IMG/VR virus record: IMGVR_UViG_3300017917_001946 | Location: 4,468-68,467 of that record | Origin: a virus | DNA length: 64,000 bases | Strand: one strand, 5' to 3' | Shown here: positions 1 through 9,783 of the stretch, piece after piece | Layout: every line of letters starts with the position of its first letter | How positions within the stretch are numbered: the first letter of the stretch is position 1 | Notes under the pieces: model-generated | The model's database searches: none | The model's input: the letters and a program-made list of their open reading frames with translations, nothing else | Told to the model about the DNA's origin: nothing | Translations under genes and position numbers: made by a program

Positions 1-336
1 GGTTTTATCCCGCTTCAAGCTTTAGCAACTGGTATGCCAGTAATATCAACTTATGATTGGGCACATTATAAAAAGTTTTTAGGTCCCCTAAAGTTAAAGT
101 CAAGATTGACAGATGCTTCAAAAGAAGGAGTTCCAAAAGCTGTTGGTGATCCACATCTTGGAAGTTTTTATCAACCAGATAAAGAACATTTAGAAGATCA
201 AATGGTTGATGCAGCAATAAATTTTAAAGCATACTCTGGTTATTACTTTGCTCAGTCAACTAAAATACATGAAGAATATAATTGGATTCAGTTGACCAAT
301 AATGCTTTCGATCATATTTTTAAAAAGTTTTCTTAA
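1..336 (+). CDS. Glycosyltransferase (GT-B/GT4-like), C-terminal part, truncated by window start
   Basis: Frame 1 is open from base 1 and reads GFIPLQALATGMPVIST, matching the GT4 E-x-F-G-x-x-x-x-E/Q-A-x-A-x-G-x-P-V motif. Confidence 0.75.
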   Translation, partial: GFIPLQALATGMPVISTYDWAHYKKFLGPLKLKSRLTDASKEGVPKAVGDPHLGSFYQPDKEHLEDQMVDAAINFKAYSGYYFAQSTKIHEEYNWIQLTNNAFDHIFKKFS

Positions 337-340
337 CCTC

Positions 341-369
341 TTCCCACCTGAATAAAAGTTTGGTAGAAT
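341..369 (+). promoter_or_regulatory. Sigma70-type promoter TTCCCA-N17-TAGAAT with extended -10 (TGG)
   Basis: TGGTAGAAT at 361-369 upstream of the RNR gene. Confidence 0.55.
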
Positions 370-421
370 TAGTATCTTACTAAAAATTAATTAATCGCAT
401 ATGGCGGAGAAAGAGTGTATT

Positions 422-2356
422 ATGTCAAGAACTATTGATAATCCTTATGAAAATTTTATTGCATTGTCTCGTTATGCAAGATGGATGCCAGAAGATAATC
501 GTCGTGAAACATGGGGAGAAACAGTAGATCGTTATTTTGACTTTATTATCAATCATTTAAAAGAAAATAATAACTATACTCCAGATGAAAAAATTGTTAA
601 TGAATTAAAAGAAGCCGTTTATAATAGAAATGTAATGCCATCAATGAGAGCAGTAATGACTGCTGGTGCTGCTTTAGAAAGAGACCATGTTGCAGGATAT
701 AACTGCTCATTTGTTCCAGTAGATTCACCTAGATCATTTGATGAAACAATGTATATTCTTATGTGTGGAACAGGTGTTGGATTCTCTGTTGAATATAAGT
801 ATGTTAATAAACTTCCTGCCGTCCCAGAAACATTTGAAAAATCTACAACAGTAATTACAGTTGAAGATTCTAAACAAGGTTGGGCAAAGGCATATAGGGA
901 ACTACTAGCATTATTATGGACTGGCCAAGTACCTTCAATTGATGTAAGCAAACTACGTCCAGCAGGAGCACGTCTTAAAACTATGGGCGGAAGATCTTCA
1001 GGCCCACAACCACTGATTAACCTATTTGATTTTACAATTGCAAAATTCAAATCAGCGGCAGGTCGTCAGTTAAAACCAATTGAAGCACATGATATTATGT
1101 GCAAGATTGGAGAAATTGTTGTAGTTGGTGGAGTACGTAGATCAGCAATGATTTCTCTTTCAAACATTAATGATATTGAAATGGCTGCCGCAAAATCTGG
1201 TAACTGGTGGGAAAATAATTCTCAACGTGCATTATCAAATAACTCTGTTGCGTATTCTCGCAAACCAGAGATGGCACAGTTTATAGCAGAATGGAAAAAT
1301 CTTTATGACTCAAAGTCTGGCGAACGTGGAATCTATAATGTTGCAGCAGCGCAGGCGCAGGCAGCTAAATATGGTCGTAGAGACCCTGAAATCCATTATG
1401 GAACAAACCCATGTTCAGAAATCATTCTCCGTCCTTATCAGTTTTGTAATCTTTCAGAAGTCGTATTACGTGAAAAGGATACAGTTGAAGATGTATCGAA
1501 TAAAGTACGCCTTGCAACAATTCTTGGAACTTGGCAATCGACATTAACAGATTTTAAGTATCTTCGTAAAATTTGGAAAGACAATACAGAAGAAGAAAGA
1601 CTGCTTGGGGTTTCTTTAACTGGTCAATTTGGACATAAGTTCTTTTCAGGAAAACAAGATTTAAAAAAGCTAGAAGCAACACTATCTGGCCTTAGAGAAT
1701 ATGCTAGATCTGTTAACTCAGAAGAGGCAGCAAAACTTGGCATTCAAGAATCTGCAGCAATTACATGCGTTAAGCCATCTGGTACAGTATCTCAATTAGT
1801 TGGAGTTTCTTCTGGAATGCATCCATGGCATTCTGAATACTATATTAGAACAGTTCGTGGAGACAAAAAAGATCCACTATCTACATTTTTAAAAGAAGTC
1901 GGAATTCCAGTAGAAGATGACTTTATGAAACCAAACGATACATATGTATTTTCATTTCCAGTAAAAGCACCAGAAGGTGCAATTATTAGAAATGATTTAA
2001 CAGCACTAGATCATTTAAATACCTGGCTTGTTTACCAACGTGCATGGTGTGAACACAAGCCTTCAATTACAGTTTCCGTTCGTGAGGAAGAATGGATGGC
2101 TGTGGGAGCCTGGGTATGGGAACACTTTGATGAAGTATCTGGAATTTCATTCCTACCGCATTCAGATCATTCATACAAGCAAGCACCATATCAAGAAGTT
2201 TCCGAAGTAGAGTACCTAGACCTTCTTGCAAAAATGCCATCAGCCATTCGTTGGGAAGACTTATCTTTTTACGAAACAGAAGATGGAACATCTGGAACAC
2301 AAACATTAGCATGCACTTCAGATGGCAATTGTGAAATTGTAGACATTTCTGCTTGA
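422..2356 (+). CDS. nrdJ: Class II (adenosylcobalamin-dependent) ribonucleotide reductase
   Basis: RRETWGETVDRY, MPSMRA, YNCSF, GGVRRSA, TNPCSEI (catalytic Asn-x-Cys-x-Glu), TCVKPSGT, C-terminal Cys pair ACTSDGNCE; no small-subunit gene adjacent. Confidence 0.92.
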   Translation: MSRTIDNPYENFIALSRYARWMPEDNRRETWGETVDRYFDFIINHLKENNNYTPDEKIVNELKEAVYNRNVMPSMRAVMTAGAALERDHVAGYNCSFVPVDSPRSFDETMYILMCGTGVGFSVEYKYVNKLPAVPETFEKSTTVITVEDSKQGWAKAYRELLALLWTGQVPSIDVSKLRPAGARLKTMGGRSSGPQPLINLFDFTIAKFKSAAGRQLKPIEAHDIMCKIGEIVVVGGVRRSAMISLSNINDIEMAAAKSGNWWENNSQRALSNNSVAYSRKPEMAQFIAEWKNLYDSKSGERGIYNVAAAQAQAAKYGRRDPEIHYGTNPCSEIILRPYQFCNLSEVVLREKDTVEDVSNKVRLATILGTWQSTLTDFKYLRKIWKDNTEEERLLGVSLTGQFGHKFFSGKQDLKKLEATLSGLREYARSVNSEEAAKLGIQESAAITCVKPSGTVSQLVGVSSGMHPWHSEYYIRTVRGDKKDPLSTFLKEVGIPVEDDFMKPNDTYVFSFPVKAPEGAIIRNDLTALDHLNTWLVYQRAWCEHKPSITVSVREEEWMAVGAWVWEHFDEVSGISFLPHSDHSYKQAPYQEVSEVEYLDLLAKMPSAIRWEDLSFYETEDGTSGTQTLACTSDGNCEIVDISA

Positions 2357-2428
2357 TAGGTATATAATATAGATTGGGGTAACTCCCAAAATTCCTGGGT
2401 ACAATGCCCAGAAATAGGAGGATCTAAA

Positions 2429-2659
2429 TTGGCAACAAAACAAGATCTAAACAATGATGGAAAGGTAACTATGCAAGAAAAAATTCTAGCAGCGTTAGCA
2501 AGCTATGGTCGTCACTTTCTAGGTGCAGCCATTGCTCTTTACATGACTGGAAATACTGACCCAGGAGATTTAGTTAAGGGTGGAATTGCAGCATGTTTGC
2601 CAGTTATCCTAAAAGCGCTTAATACAAATGAGCCAGCTTTTGGATTTACAAAGAAGTAA
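2429..2659 (+). CDS. Small two-helix membrane protein, holin-like
   Basis: TTG start after AGGAGG; two hydrophobic segments and a basic C-terminus; function inferred. Confidence 0.55.
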   Translation: MATKQDLNNDGKVTMQEKILAALASYGRHFLGAAIALYMTGNTDPGDLVKGGIAACLPVILKALNTNEPAFGFTKK

Positions 2660-2674
2660 AATTTAATAATCAAT

Positions 2675-2716
2675 TAGGATCACTCCTGTGCTAAAATAGG
2701 CATAGGAGTTTTCCTA
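2675..2716 (+). terminator. Long hairpin (terminator-like) overlapping an extended -10 TGCTAAAAT
   Basis: TAGGA..ACTCCTGTGC-taaaatag-GCATAGGAGT..TCCTA followed by TTTT. Confidence 0.55.
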
Positions 2717-2735
2717 TTTTAGGAGATTTTTGCAA

Positions 2736-3083
2736 ATGGCAGCACAAAAGAATTTCGAAGTAGATCAAAATACAACATTCTCTTTTATTTTAGAATATAA
2801 AGACAGTGAAGGTAATCCCATTGATCTAGATGGTGCTACCGCAAAATTACAAGTAAGAGATACTAAGGGTGGAGCTAAATTAGCATTTACTCTTACATCA
2901 CCAAATGGCGGAATTATTATTGATGCCCCAAATGGTAAACTTACATGTAAAATGACTCCTACACAAACTAATAAATTATTTTTCCCAAAGTCATCATATG
3001 ATCTCATGATAACCGACTCTAATCTAAACAAGACAAAGCTTCTTGAAGGATTTTTGACTTTGAGTAGATCGGTAACCATATAA
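2736..3083 (+). CDS. Virion structural protein (BppU-like Ig-fold anchor)
   Basis: F-x-V-DQ-x-TTF, PIDL-x-G-x-TA-x-LQVR, YDL-x-I pattern typical of phage baseplate-upper-like domains. Confidence 0.55.
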   Translation: MAAQKNFEVDQNTTFSFILEYKDSEGNPIDLDGATAKLQVRDTKGGAKLAFTLTSPNGGIIIDAPNGKLTCKMTPTQTNKLFFPKSSYDLMITDSNLNKTKLLEGFLTLSRSVTI

Positions 3084-3520
3084 TGGCAGAAACAGTAGTA
3101 GTAACCGAAAATATAAATAAAGTAGTAGTATCATCTACTGGAACACAAGGTCCACGAGGAAGAACTATCCTTAATGGCAATGGTGCTCCAGCAGACAACC
3201 TTGGAATAGAAGGAGACTTCTATTATGATAAAGATACTACTAGATTTTATGGCCCAAAACTACAAGAAACTACATGGGCTGGTGCTACAAATTATTTATT
3301 GAGCACAATGACCCTCACATATCCATTTTCTATAGGTCAAGTCGTTAATGCTGGTACATATTATTATGTTGAAATTCAGCATAATATGGGATATCACCCA
3401 AACGTAACAGTACAAAATAGCGCAGGAGACGTATTAGAGACAGGAATAGACTATAATAGTATTAATAAAATTACACTGTTAATGGCACAGCCGTTCGGTG
3501 GGACAGCGTACCTGTCTTAA
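3083..3520 (+). CDS. Virion appendage connector protein
   Basis: GPRG..G-x-G-A-P..G..GDFYYD motif; C-terminal IQHNMGYHP-x-V...FGGTAYLS domain. Confidence 0.6.
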   Translation: MAETVVVTENINKVVVSSTGTQGPRGRTILNGNGAPADNLGIEGDFYYDKDTTRFYGPKLQETTWAGATNYLLSTMTLTYPFSIGQVVNAGTYYYVEIQHNMGYHPNVTVQNSAGDVLETGIDYNSINKITLLMAQPFGGTAYLS

Positions 3521-3533
3521 GGAGATATAGAAC

Positions 3534-5267
3534 ATGGCAAGATTATTTGTAACTGACATTAATCTGAATAAGAATGAACTTCAGAATGCCAGAATTCAAG
3601 GACTTTCATCTGCACCACTTAACCCAGTTAATGGTCAGATTTATTACAATACATCTGAAAACAAGATGTACTACTACAATGGACTGGCGGCACCAGATGG
3701 TCCATGGGTTTCAATGTCTGGATCAGACGAAGTTATCCAAGATGTACTTAATGACACAATAATTGCTGGCTATGGTATTACAAAAACATACGGCGATCCA
3801 GCCAATACTCTAACTCTTGAGATAGATACAACAGAAACAGCAGATCTGACAACTGCTCAAACTTTAACAAACAAAACAATTGGTTCTGGTGGATTAAAGT
3901 TTAATGATACTGGTACTGATAGCACAATTTATTCAGGCGGAGCAGACTTAACAGTATATGCAAGTAATAATTTATATCTAAATACCGTAACTGGAGACGT
4001 AGTTCTTCAACCAGACGGCATTGCAAGTGTTTTTGGTGACAGAATTGTTACAGAGAATGCTAGCCAAACAGTAACAAATAAAACAGTTGGAGACACATTA
4101 TATTTTAATAATGGAACTGCTGCTGGAAACATTTCTCATTCTGGTTCAGATTTAACAATTAATGCATCAGATGATTTAACTCTTAATACAGAAACTGGAA
4201 ACATCAGTTTAACTCCAGATGGAAATGCAAATGTTAACGGTGACGTAATTGTTACAGAGCAAGCAGCTCAAACTCTTACAAATAAGACTTTAACATCTCC
4301 AGTAGTAACAGACCTACACTTAAATGATTCAGCAATCACATTTGAAGGATCAACTGCAGATGATTATGAAACAACTCTTCAAGTTACAAATCCTAGCGCA
4401 GATAGAGAAATTACTCTTCCAGATGCAACAGGTACAGTAGCTCTTGTAGAGAATAAGCTACATGATTTTGCTCTTGCAACACAATCAGTAGATTTAAATA
4501 ATCAAAAGATTGTAAATCTTGCAGAACCAGTAGATCCACAAGATGCTGCTACTAAATACTATGTAGATTCAGCAGTTGCTGGATTAACATGGAAGAGAGC
4601 GGTACACCTAGCTTCTTCATCAAATATTGATCTTTCAACAGATCTAATTGGTGTTGTAATTGATGGACATGATCCACTATCTTTATCAGATGTTGGATAT
4701 AGAATTCTTTTAACTGGTCAGACAACTACATCTGAAAATGGTATCTATGAACTAGCTAACTCAGGCGGAGTTTTAGTAGCTAATAGAACTACAGATGCAG
4801 ATACTGTAGCAGAACTAAAGGGTGCAGCAGTATTCGTAATGGAAGGTGCCTCATATGGTGCCACATCATGGGTACAAGCAAATCACTACCTAACAGATCT
4901 ATCTGGTCAGACATGGGAGCAATTTGCTGGTGCATCTGACTATACAGCAGGCGCTGGTCTTGTAGCTGATGGTAATGTATTTAATGTAGGACAAGGTCTT
5001 GGTATCAGTGTAACAGCAAACGAAGTTGCAATTGATACAGCAGTAACGGCTAGAAAGTATTCTGCTACAATTGGAAACGGTTCAGCCACATCTTATACAA
5101 TAACACACGGACTAAATAATCAGTTTGTTGTTACTCAAGTTTATCAAAATAGTTCACCATTTGCTCTTGTAGAAACAGATGTTGAATTAACGTCACCAAC
5201 TCAAGTGACAATTAGATTTGCAGTAGCTCCAACAACGGATCAATATATAGTAAATATCATCGGATAG
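3534..5267 (+). CDS. Fibre/appendage protein
   Basis: Repeated QTLTNKT motifs, DAATKYYVD, ENGIY module, C-terminal ITHGLN domain. Confidence 0.7.
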   Translation: MARLFVTDINLNKNELQNARIQGLSSAPLNPVNGQIYYNTSENKMYYYNGLAAPDGPWVSMSGSDEVIQDVLNDTIIAGYGITKTYGDPANTLTLEIDTTETADLTTAQTLTNKTIGSGGLKFNDTGTDSTIYSGGADLTVYASNNLYLNTVTGDVVLQPDGIASVFGDRIVTENASQTVTNKTVGDTLYFNNGTAAGNISHSGSDLTINASDDLTLNTETGNISLTPDGNANVNGDVIVTEQAAQTLTNKTLTSPVVTDLHLNDSAITFEGSTADDYETTLQVTNPSADREITLPDATGTVALVENKLHDFALATQSVDLNNQKIVNLAEPVDPQDAATKYYVDSAVAGLTWKRAVHLASSSNIDLSTDLIGVVIDGHDPLSLSDVGYRILLTGQTTTSENGIYELANSGGVLVANRTTDADTVAELKGAAVFVMEGASYGATSWVQANHYLTDLSGQTWEQFAGASDYTAGAGLVADGNVFNVGQGLGISVTANEVAIDTAVTARKYSATIGNGSATSYTITHGLNNQFVVTQVYQNSSPFALVETDVELTSPTQVTIRFAVAPTTDQYIVNIIG

Positions 5268-5276
5268 GGGTTTTAA

Positions 5277-5531
5277 ATGTCTGTAAAAAGATTAGTCCCC
5301 TTACATGCAGTAGTACTTGAATCTGATCCAGAGACAGGCCGCATTGGCGATATATATTATAATAGCGTATCTGAACAATTAAAATATTTTGACGGAACAG
5401 AATGGAATCCAGTCGGTTCAGGAGCAATTACAGGGCTTTTAGATCATATTCATACTTATGATGGCGCAGTATTCTCAGTAGAATCTATTGAGGTTCCTGC
5501 TGCTGGAGAAATAGATGGCGGTACACCATAA
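5277..5531 (+). CDS. Small fibre connector ending in IDGG
   Basis: GDIYYN...YFDGTEW motif; TAATG overlap with next gene. Confidence 0.6.
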   Translation: MSVKRLVPLHAVVLESDPETGRIGDIYYNSVSEQLKYFDGTEWNPVGSGAITGLLDHIHTYDGAVFSVESIEVPAAGEIDGGTP

Positions 5532-7477
5532 TGGCAGTTACAATAAGAGTAAGAAGAGGAACTGCTACACAATGGGCAGCACGTACAACACCATTATTAA
5601 CTGGTGAATTTGGATACGATACAACAAATAAAATTATTAAAATTGGTGATGGTACCAGTTTATGGAGTATTTTACAGCCAATAAATTCAGTCAACACAAC
5701 AGAAATTGGCGAAATTGCACAAGATGCAATTTATGATGCATTAACAAACTTTATAGGAATAGGAAACAATATTACTGTTTCTTATAACGATGCAGATAAC
5801 TATATTGTTTTAGATACTGGCCCAAGCGTTGTTCTTCAGGCAGATTTAACAAATGCAATAAATGGTGCAAATGATTATACAGATATTGCAATTGCAAGTT
5901 TTGGCGATACTGTAGAAAATGGTTATATACCAATTGGAGAAAAGGCAAATGCAGGAGGAGTAGCTTCACTTGGATTAGACGGTTATGTTCCAGACTCACA
6001 AATATCTCCAGACATAGCAAGAGATTCAGAAATTATAACTAGTTATAATGATTTAACAGATAAGCCAGCAATTGCTCTAGGTGCAGTTCAATGGACTGCA
6101 AATCATTATCAATTAGAAGGTGGAGCAAATACTAGATATCTTGCAGGAGATATTGTTTGGGATGGCGGAAACATATATGTGGCTAATTTTGATAATGAAA
6201 GTCTTCCAACAACAAATACACAATACTGGTCATTGGTTGGTCCAGGAAAAAGATTAAATATAGACGGTAGAGATATCCCTAACGTTATTTGGGACAATAT
6301 CTTACAAAAGCCAACACTATTTGATGGAGACTACAATACTTTAACAAATAAACCAACAATTCCATCAGATGTTTCAGATTTAACAGATTCAACTAGCCTT
6401 TTAGTTCCATTTAACTCTCCAACATTTACAGGTACTGTAACTACATCAGATTTAATAATTAATGGAGATGTTACTATAAATGGAGGAGACTTTTTAGCAT
6501 CCGCCACACAGATAGTTATTGAAGATAGTTTACTTCAATTAGGACATACAAATCCAGCGAATACTGTGGATCTTGGAATTGTTGTTTCATATAACGATGG
6601 TGCCCAAAAGCATGCTGGTTTTGTTAAAGATGCATCTGATTCAAAATGGAAACTTTTTAAAGATGTAGAAACTGAACCAACAACTACAGTAGATTTTACA
6701 GAAGCATTGCTAGACGATTTACAATTAAACGATTTATCTGTAGCTTCTGCAACAATTGGAGATGTTTCTAATACAGAGATACAATATCTTAATGGCGTAA
6801 CAGATTTAATTCAAACACAGCTAGATGCTAAATTAGGAACAGATGCTGCTGGAATTATTTATCTTGGTAAAATAGAAGCAGGTCTTACATATTTAACACA
6901 GAGTAGTGCTTCTTCAACTTATCAATCAATTGTGCCTGGAGTTTCAAGTACTGAAATAGGATACTTATCTGATGTCACATCAAATATTCAAAATCAAATA
7001 AATAATATTTCTTTAACACCTGGACCAACAGGTCCATCTGGTCCGTCAGGGCCAACTGGTGCAACAGGACCAACAGGGCCAACTGGTCCAATAGGACCAA
7101 CAGGACCAACTGGACCAATATCAGGATCTGCAAATCAAGTTATATATAAAAATTCAATAAATGAACCAACAGGATCTGCAAACCTAACATTTGACGGAAA
7201 TAGCCTCTCTGTTTCTGGATATTTTAGATCTAATAATTCTTCTGGCGATGAAGGTGGAGAAATATTCTTAAGTAAATCAGTTACCAATACCACTTTAAAT
7301 AATGGCGTAACTATTGATGTATATCAAGACAAGCTTCGCTTTTTTGAACAGGGTGGAACTGCAAGAGGATATTATATAGACATTTCTCAAGGTGGCGGAG
7401 GAGCTTCAACAAACCTTGCATCTGGAGGCGGAGGATCAACAGGGGCTGACATTATGAATATCATGGAAGCATGGTAA
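5531..7477 (+). CDS. Fibre protein with Mtd-N-like N-terminus and short collagen segment
   Basis: [27 protein letters not shown] (Mtd-N/hyaluronidase N-terminal type); EIQYLNGVT repeats; (GPT) repeats ~7021-7120. Confidence 0.75.
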   Translation: MAVTIRVRRGTATQWAARTTPLLTGEFGYDTTNKIIKIGDGTSLWSILQPINSVNTTEIGEIAQDAIYDALTNFIGIGNNITVSYNDADNYIVLDTGPSVVLQADLTNAINGANDYTDIAIASFGDTVENGYIPIGEKANAGGVASLGLDGYVPDSQISPDIARDSEIITSYNDLTDKPAIALGAVQWTANHYQLEGGANTRYLAGDIVWDGGNIYVANFDNESLPTTNTQYWSLVGPGKRLNIDGRDIPNVIWDNILQKPTLFDGDYNTLTNKPTIPSDVSDLTDSTSLLVPFNSPTFTGTVTTSDLIINGDVTINGGDFLASATQIVIEDSLLQLGHTNPANTVDLGIVVSYNDGAQKHAGFVKDASDSKWKLFKDVETEPTTTVDFTEALLDDLQLNDLSVASATIGDVSNTEIQYLNGVTDLIQTQLDAKLGTDAAGIIYLGKIEAGLTYLTQSSASSTYQSIVPGVSSTEIGYLSDVTSNIQNQINNISLTPGPTGPSGPSGPTGATGPTGPTGPIGPTGPTGPISGSANQVIYKNSINEPTGSANLTFDGNSLSVSGYFRSNNSSGDEGGEIFLSKSVTNTTLNNGVTIDVYQDKLRFFEQGGTARGYYIDISQGGGGASTNLASGGGGSTGADIMNIMEAW

Positions 7478-7521
7478 TCTAGGTATAAAATATACCATAA
7501 CTCGAAATAATAGGAGAAAAA

Positions 7522-7851
7522 ATGGCAACAATATCAAAACTACTAGCAAGAACAACTCTTACAACTACAAATACTACCGTGTTGTATACAGTTCCTTCTG
7601 CAACAACAACAATACTTACAAATATAATTATAAGTAATATTACTGCATCAGCAGCATCATTTAACCTTACATTTCCAGACGCTACTGGAACTCAGGTAGC
7701 ATTTGCTACATCTGTATCTGTTCCAGCAAACAGCATAGCGTCATTTGATTTGAAACAGGCACTTGGTGGATCTGGAACTCAAACAGTAATAGGATGGGCA
7801 TCTGCTAACTCTGCATTAACAGCACATCTAAGCGGAGTTGAAATATCATAA
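7522..7851 (+). CDS. ~110-aa beta-sandwich adaptor protein (copy 1)
   Basis: AGGAG RBS; LYTVPSATTTILTNIIISN pattern, similar to 13343 and 15593. Confidence 0.7.
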   Translation: MATISKLLARTTLTTTNTTVLYTVPSATTTILTNIIISNITASAASFNLTFPDATGTQVAFATSVSVPANSIASFDLKQALGGSGTQTVIGWASANSALTAHLSGVEIS

Positions 7852-7852
7852 A

Positions 7853-8233
7853 ATGGCATATAGCACATTTCCAGCAACTTCTTCAATTATAAAGTCAGTT
7901 CAAAGAGGCTCAGCGGCTTCTGCTGGAAACGTAACTATATCTGCAGTAGATATATCTAAATCTTTTGTAAATTCATTTTCAACAGGTTCTACTGGAAGCA
8001 TATCAACAAATAGCAGTACATCTGGAACCTATACTCCATCTGGAGGAAATATAGGACAATACTCTCAATCTTTTAACCCAGGAAGCGGATCTTATCCAAA
8101 CTTAGTAGGAACTAGAAGCTTTAGCGGAGGATCTACATCATTAGTTTCATCAGCATATGGAGCATATCTAGTAAACTCTACTACAATAACCGTCACAGGT
8201 TCTTGCCGCTGGGAAGTTGTGGAGTATGCATAA
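7853..8233 (+). CDS. Tip/adhesin paralogue 1 of 4
   Basis: IKSVQRG...GTRSFSGG...CRWEVVEY; ATG at 7853. Confidence 0.8.
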   Translation: MAYSTFPATSSIIKSVQRGSAASAGNVTISAVDISKSFVNSFSTGSTGSISTNSSTSGTYTPSGGNIGQYSQSFNPGSGSYPNLVGTRSFSGGSTSLVSSAYGAYLVNSTTITVTGSCRWEVVEYA

Positions 8234-8610
8234 TGGGATCTAGAATTTATCCATCTACAGCTTCTCCAATTAAATCAGTTCAAAGAGGTACGGCAGCATC
8301 TGCAGGAAATATTACCATTTCATCAGTTAATACAAATAAAGCATTTGTTACATCTTTTTCAACTGGTGCAGCAGGAACAGTAGCTGGATCTGCAAATACA
8401 TCTGGAACATATACTCCAAGCGGTGGCTCAGTTGGAGCACCTGGAGGAAACCTTAATACGTCTGGATCTTTTCCAACTTATTCTGGAACACGAAGCCTTT
8501 CTGGCGGATCAACATCTTTAATAGCTGCAAAGTACGGCGCATATTTAGTAAATGCTACTACAATAACAGTAACTGGTGCATGCAGCTGGCAAGTTGTGGA
8601 GTATCTATAA
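8233..8610 (+). CDS. Tip/adhesin paralogue 2 of 4
   Basis: IKSVQRG...CSWQVVEY; TAATG coupling. Confidence 0.8.
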   Translation: MGSRIYPSTASPIKSVQRGTAASAGNITISSVNTNKAFVTSFSTGAAGTVAGSANTSGTYTPSGGSVGAPGGNLNTSGSFPTYSGTRSLSGGSTSLIAAKYGAYLVNATTITVTGACSWQVVEYL

Positions 8611-8996
8611 TGGCAACTTCTTTATTTCCAGAAAGTATTTCTACAATTAAATCTATTCAGAGAGGCTCTACAGCAGGTGCAGGAAACGTAACAATTAGTT
8701 CAATAGATACAAATAAATCTTTTATTAGATCTTTTTCAACGTCTTCCGCTGGTTCAGCCCAACTTGTTGGTAACGAATCTGGAACATTAAATCCATCTGG
8801 TGGAAGCATTGTTGGACCAGGTGGTGGAGGTGGAGCAGTATCTGGCGGAGGAACATTTGCTAACTATGCTGGAACTAGATCTTTTAGCGGAGGAACAACA
8901 GCAGTTACAGTTCAAGAATATGGTGCATATATAGTAAACTCCACAACAATAACAGCAACAGGAGCTTGTCGCTGGGAAGTGGTGGAATACTCATAA
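8610..8996 (+). CDS. Tip/adhesin paralogue 3 of 4
   Basis: IKSIQRG...CRWEVVEY; TAATG coupling. Confidence 0.8.
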   Translation: MATSLFPESISTIKSIQRGSTAGAGNVTISSIDTNKSFIRSFSTSSAGSAQLVGNESGTLNPSGGSIVGPGGGGGAVSGGGTFANYAGTRSFSGGTTAVTVQEYGAYIVNSTTITATGACRWEVVEYS

Positions 8997-9373
8997 TGAC
9001 TATTAGAGTTTACCCTGCAGTTTCTTCTGGAATTAAATCAATGCAAAGGGGTTCTGCTGCGTCTGCTGGAGCCATAACAATCTCATCTGTAGATACAACA
9101 AAATCTTTTGTTACATCTTTTTCTACTGGATCAGCTGGAACAGTTGCAACCAACAGTTCAGAAAGCGGTACATTGACTCCTTCAGGTGGTTCTGTTGCTA
9201 CAGCCTCTAATGGAGCAATGGGTGGAGGTTCATTTCCAAACTTTATTGGAACAAGAAGTTTATCTGGCGGATCTACTTCTTTAACATCAGCAGAGTATGG
9301 AGTAACATTAACAAATTCAACAACATTGACAGCAACAGGTGCTTGTCGATGGCAGGTAGTAGAATATTACTAA
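8996..9373 (+). CDS. Tip/adhesin paralogue 4 of 4
   Basis: IKSMQRG...CRWQVVEY; TAATG coupling. Confidence 0.8.
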   Translation: MTIRVYPAVSSGIKSMQRGSAASAGAITISSVDTTKSFVTSFSTGSAGTVATNSSESGTLTPSGGSVATASNGAMGGGSFPNFIGTRSLSGGSTSLTSAEYGVTLTNSTTLTATGACRWQVVEYY

Positions 9374-9384
9374 AAGGAGAAAAA

Positions 9385-9732
9385 ATGACTAACTGGATAC
9401 AATTAAAAGACGGAGTAGCATTTGCATATGTAAATTCATCAAATTTTGTTGCAAACTCTATTCCAGTAGAAGATTCTGTTGACCCAGATACACTAATGGC
9501 AAAAAAATATGTTGACGGTCAATGGGAGGCAGCCCCACTAATTTACTTTGTAGAAGAAATGCTTGGAAATAAAGTTCTTAGAATAAACTCAACAGTATTT
9601 TCATCAGATGTAAAAGGAGATATTATTGGGCCAGAGGTAAAAGAGATGTGGACAAAAAATGAAGATGGCTCATATTCACCACCAGCTACAATAGCAGAAG
9701 CAACCATATATGATGAAGGTCTATTTTCATAA
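9385..9732 (+). CDS. Small protein, possible fibre assembly chaperone
   Basis: AAGGAG RBS; position after the tip genes; KKYVDGQW motif. Confidence 0.55.
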   Translation: MTNWIQLKDGVAFAYVNSSNFVANSIPVEDSVDPDTLMAKKYVDGQWEAAPLIYFVEEMLGNKVLRINSTVFSSDVKGDIIGPEVKEMWTKNEDGSYSPPATIAEATIYDEGLFS

Positions 9733-9783
9733 ATATTAAATTATAACCTTTTTAAGGTATAATTAGGAAAGAGGTATACGTAA

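Noticed and set aside
337-421. Cobalamin riboswitch or NrdR box upstream of nrdJ
   Set aside because: Leader is only ~50 nt and AT-rich; no convincing match to either
2370-2415. tRNA or standalone ncRNA
   Set aside because: Only two short hairpins, no cloverleaf or T-loop; treated as a 5' leader
7853-9373. Diversity-generating retroelement (prompted by the Mtd-N domain and near-repeated genes)
   Set aside because: No reverse transcriptase in the window; differences between copies include indels and are not adenine-specific
7838-9384. ORF-track N-terminal extensions (7838, 8203, 8580, 8966, 9343; also 27310, 31191, 45367, 49054, 53526, 57787)
   Set aside because: Downstream ATGs fit TAATG coupling, RBS or promoter position, and paralogue alignment better
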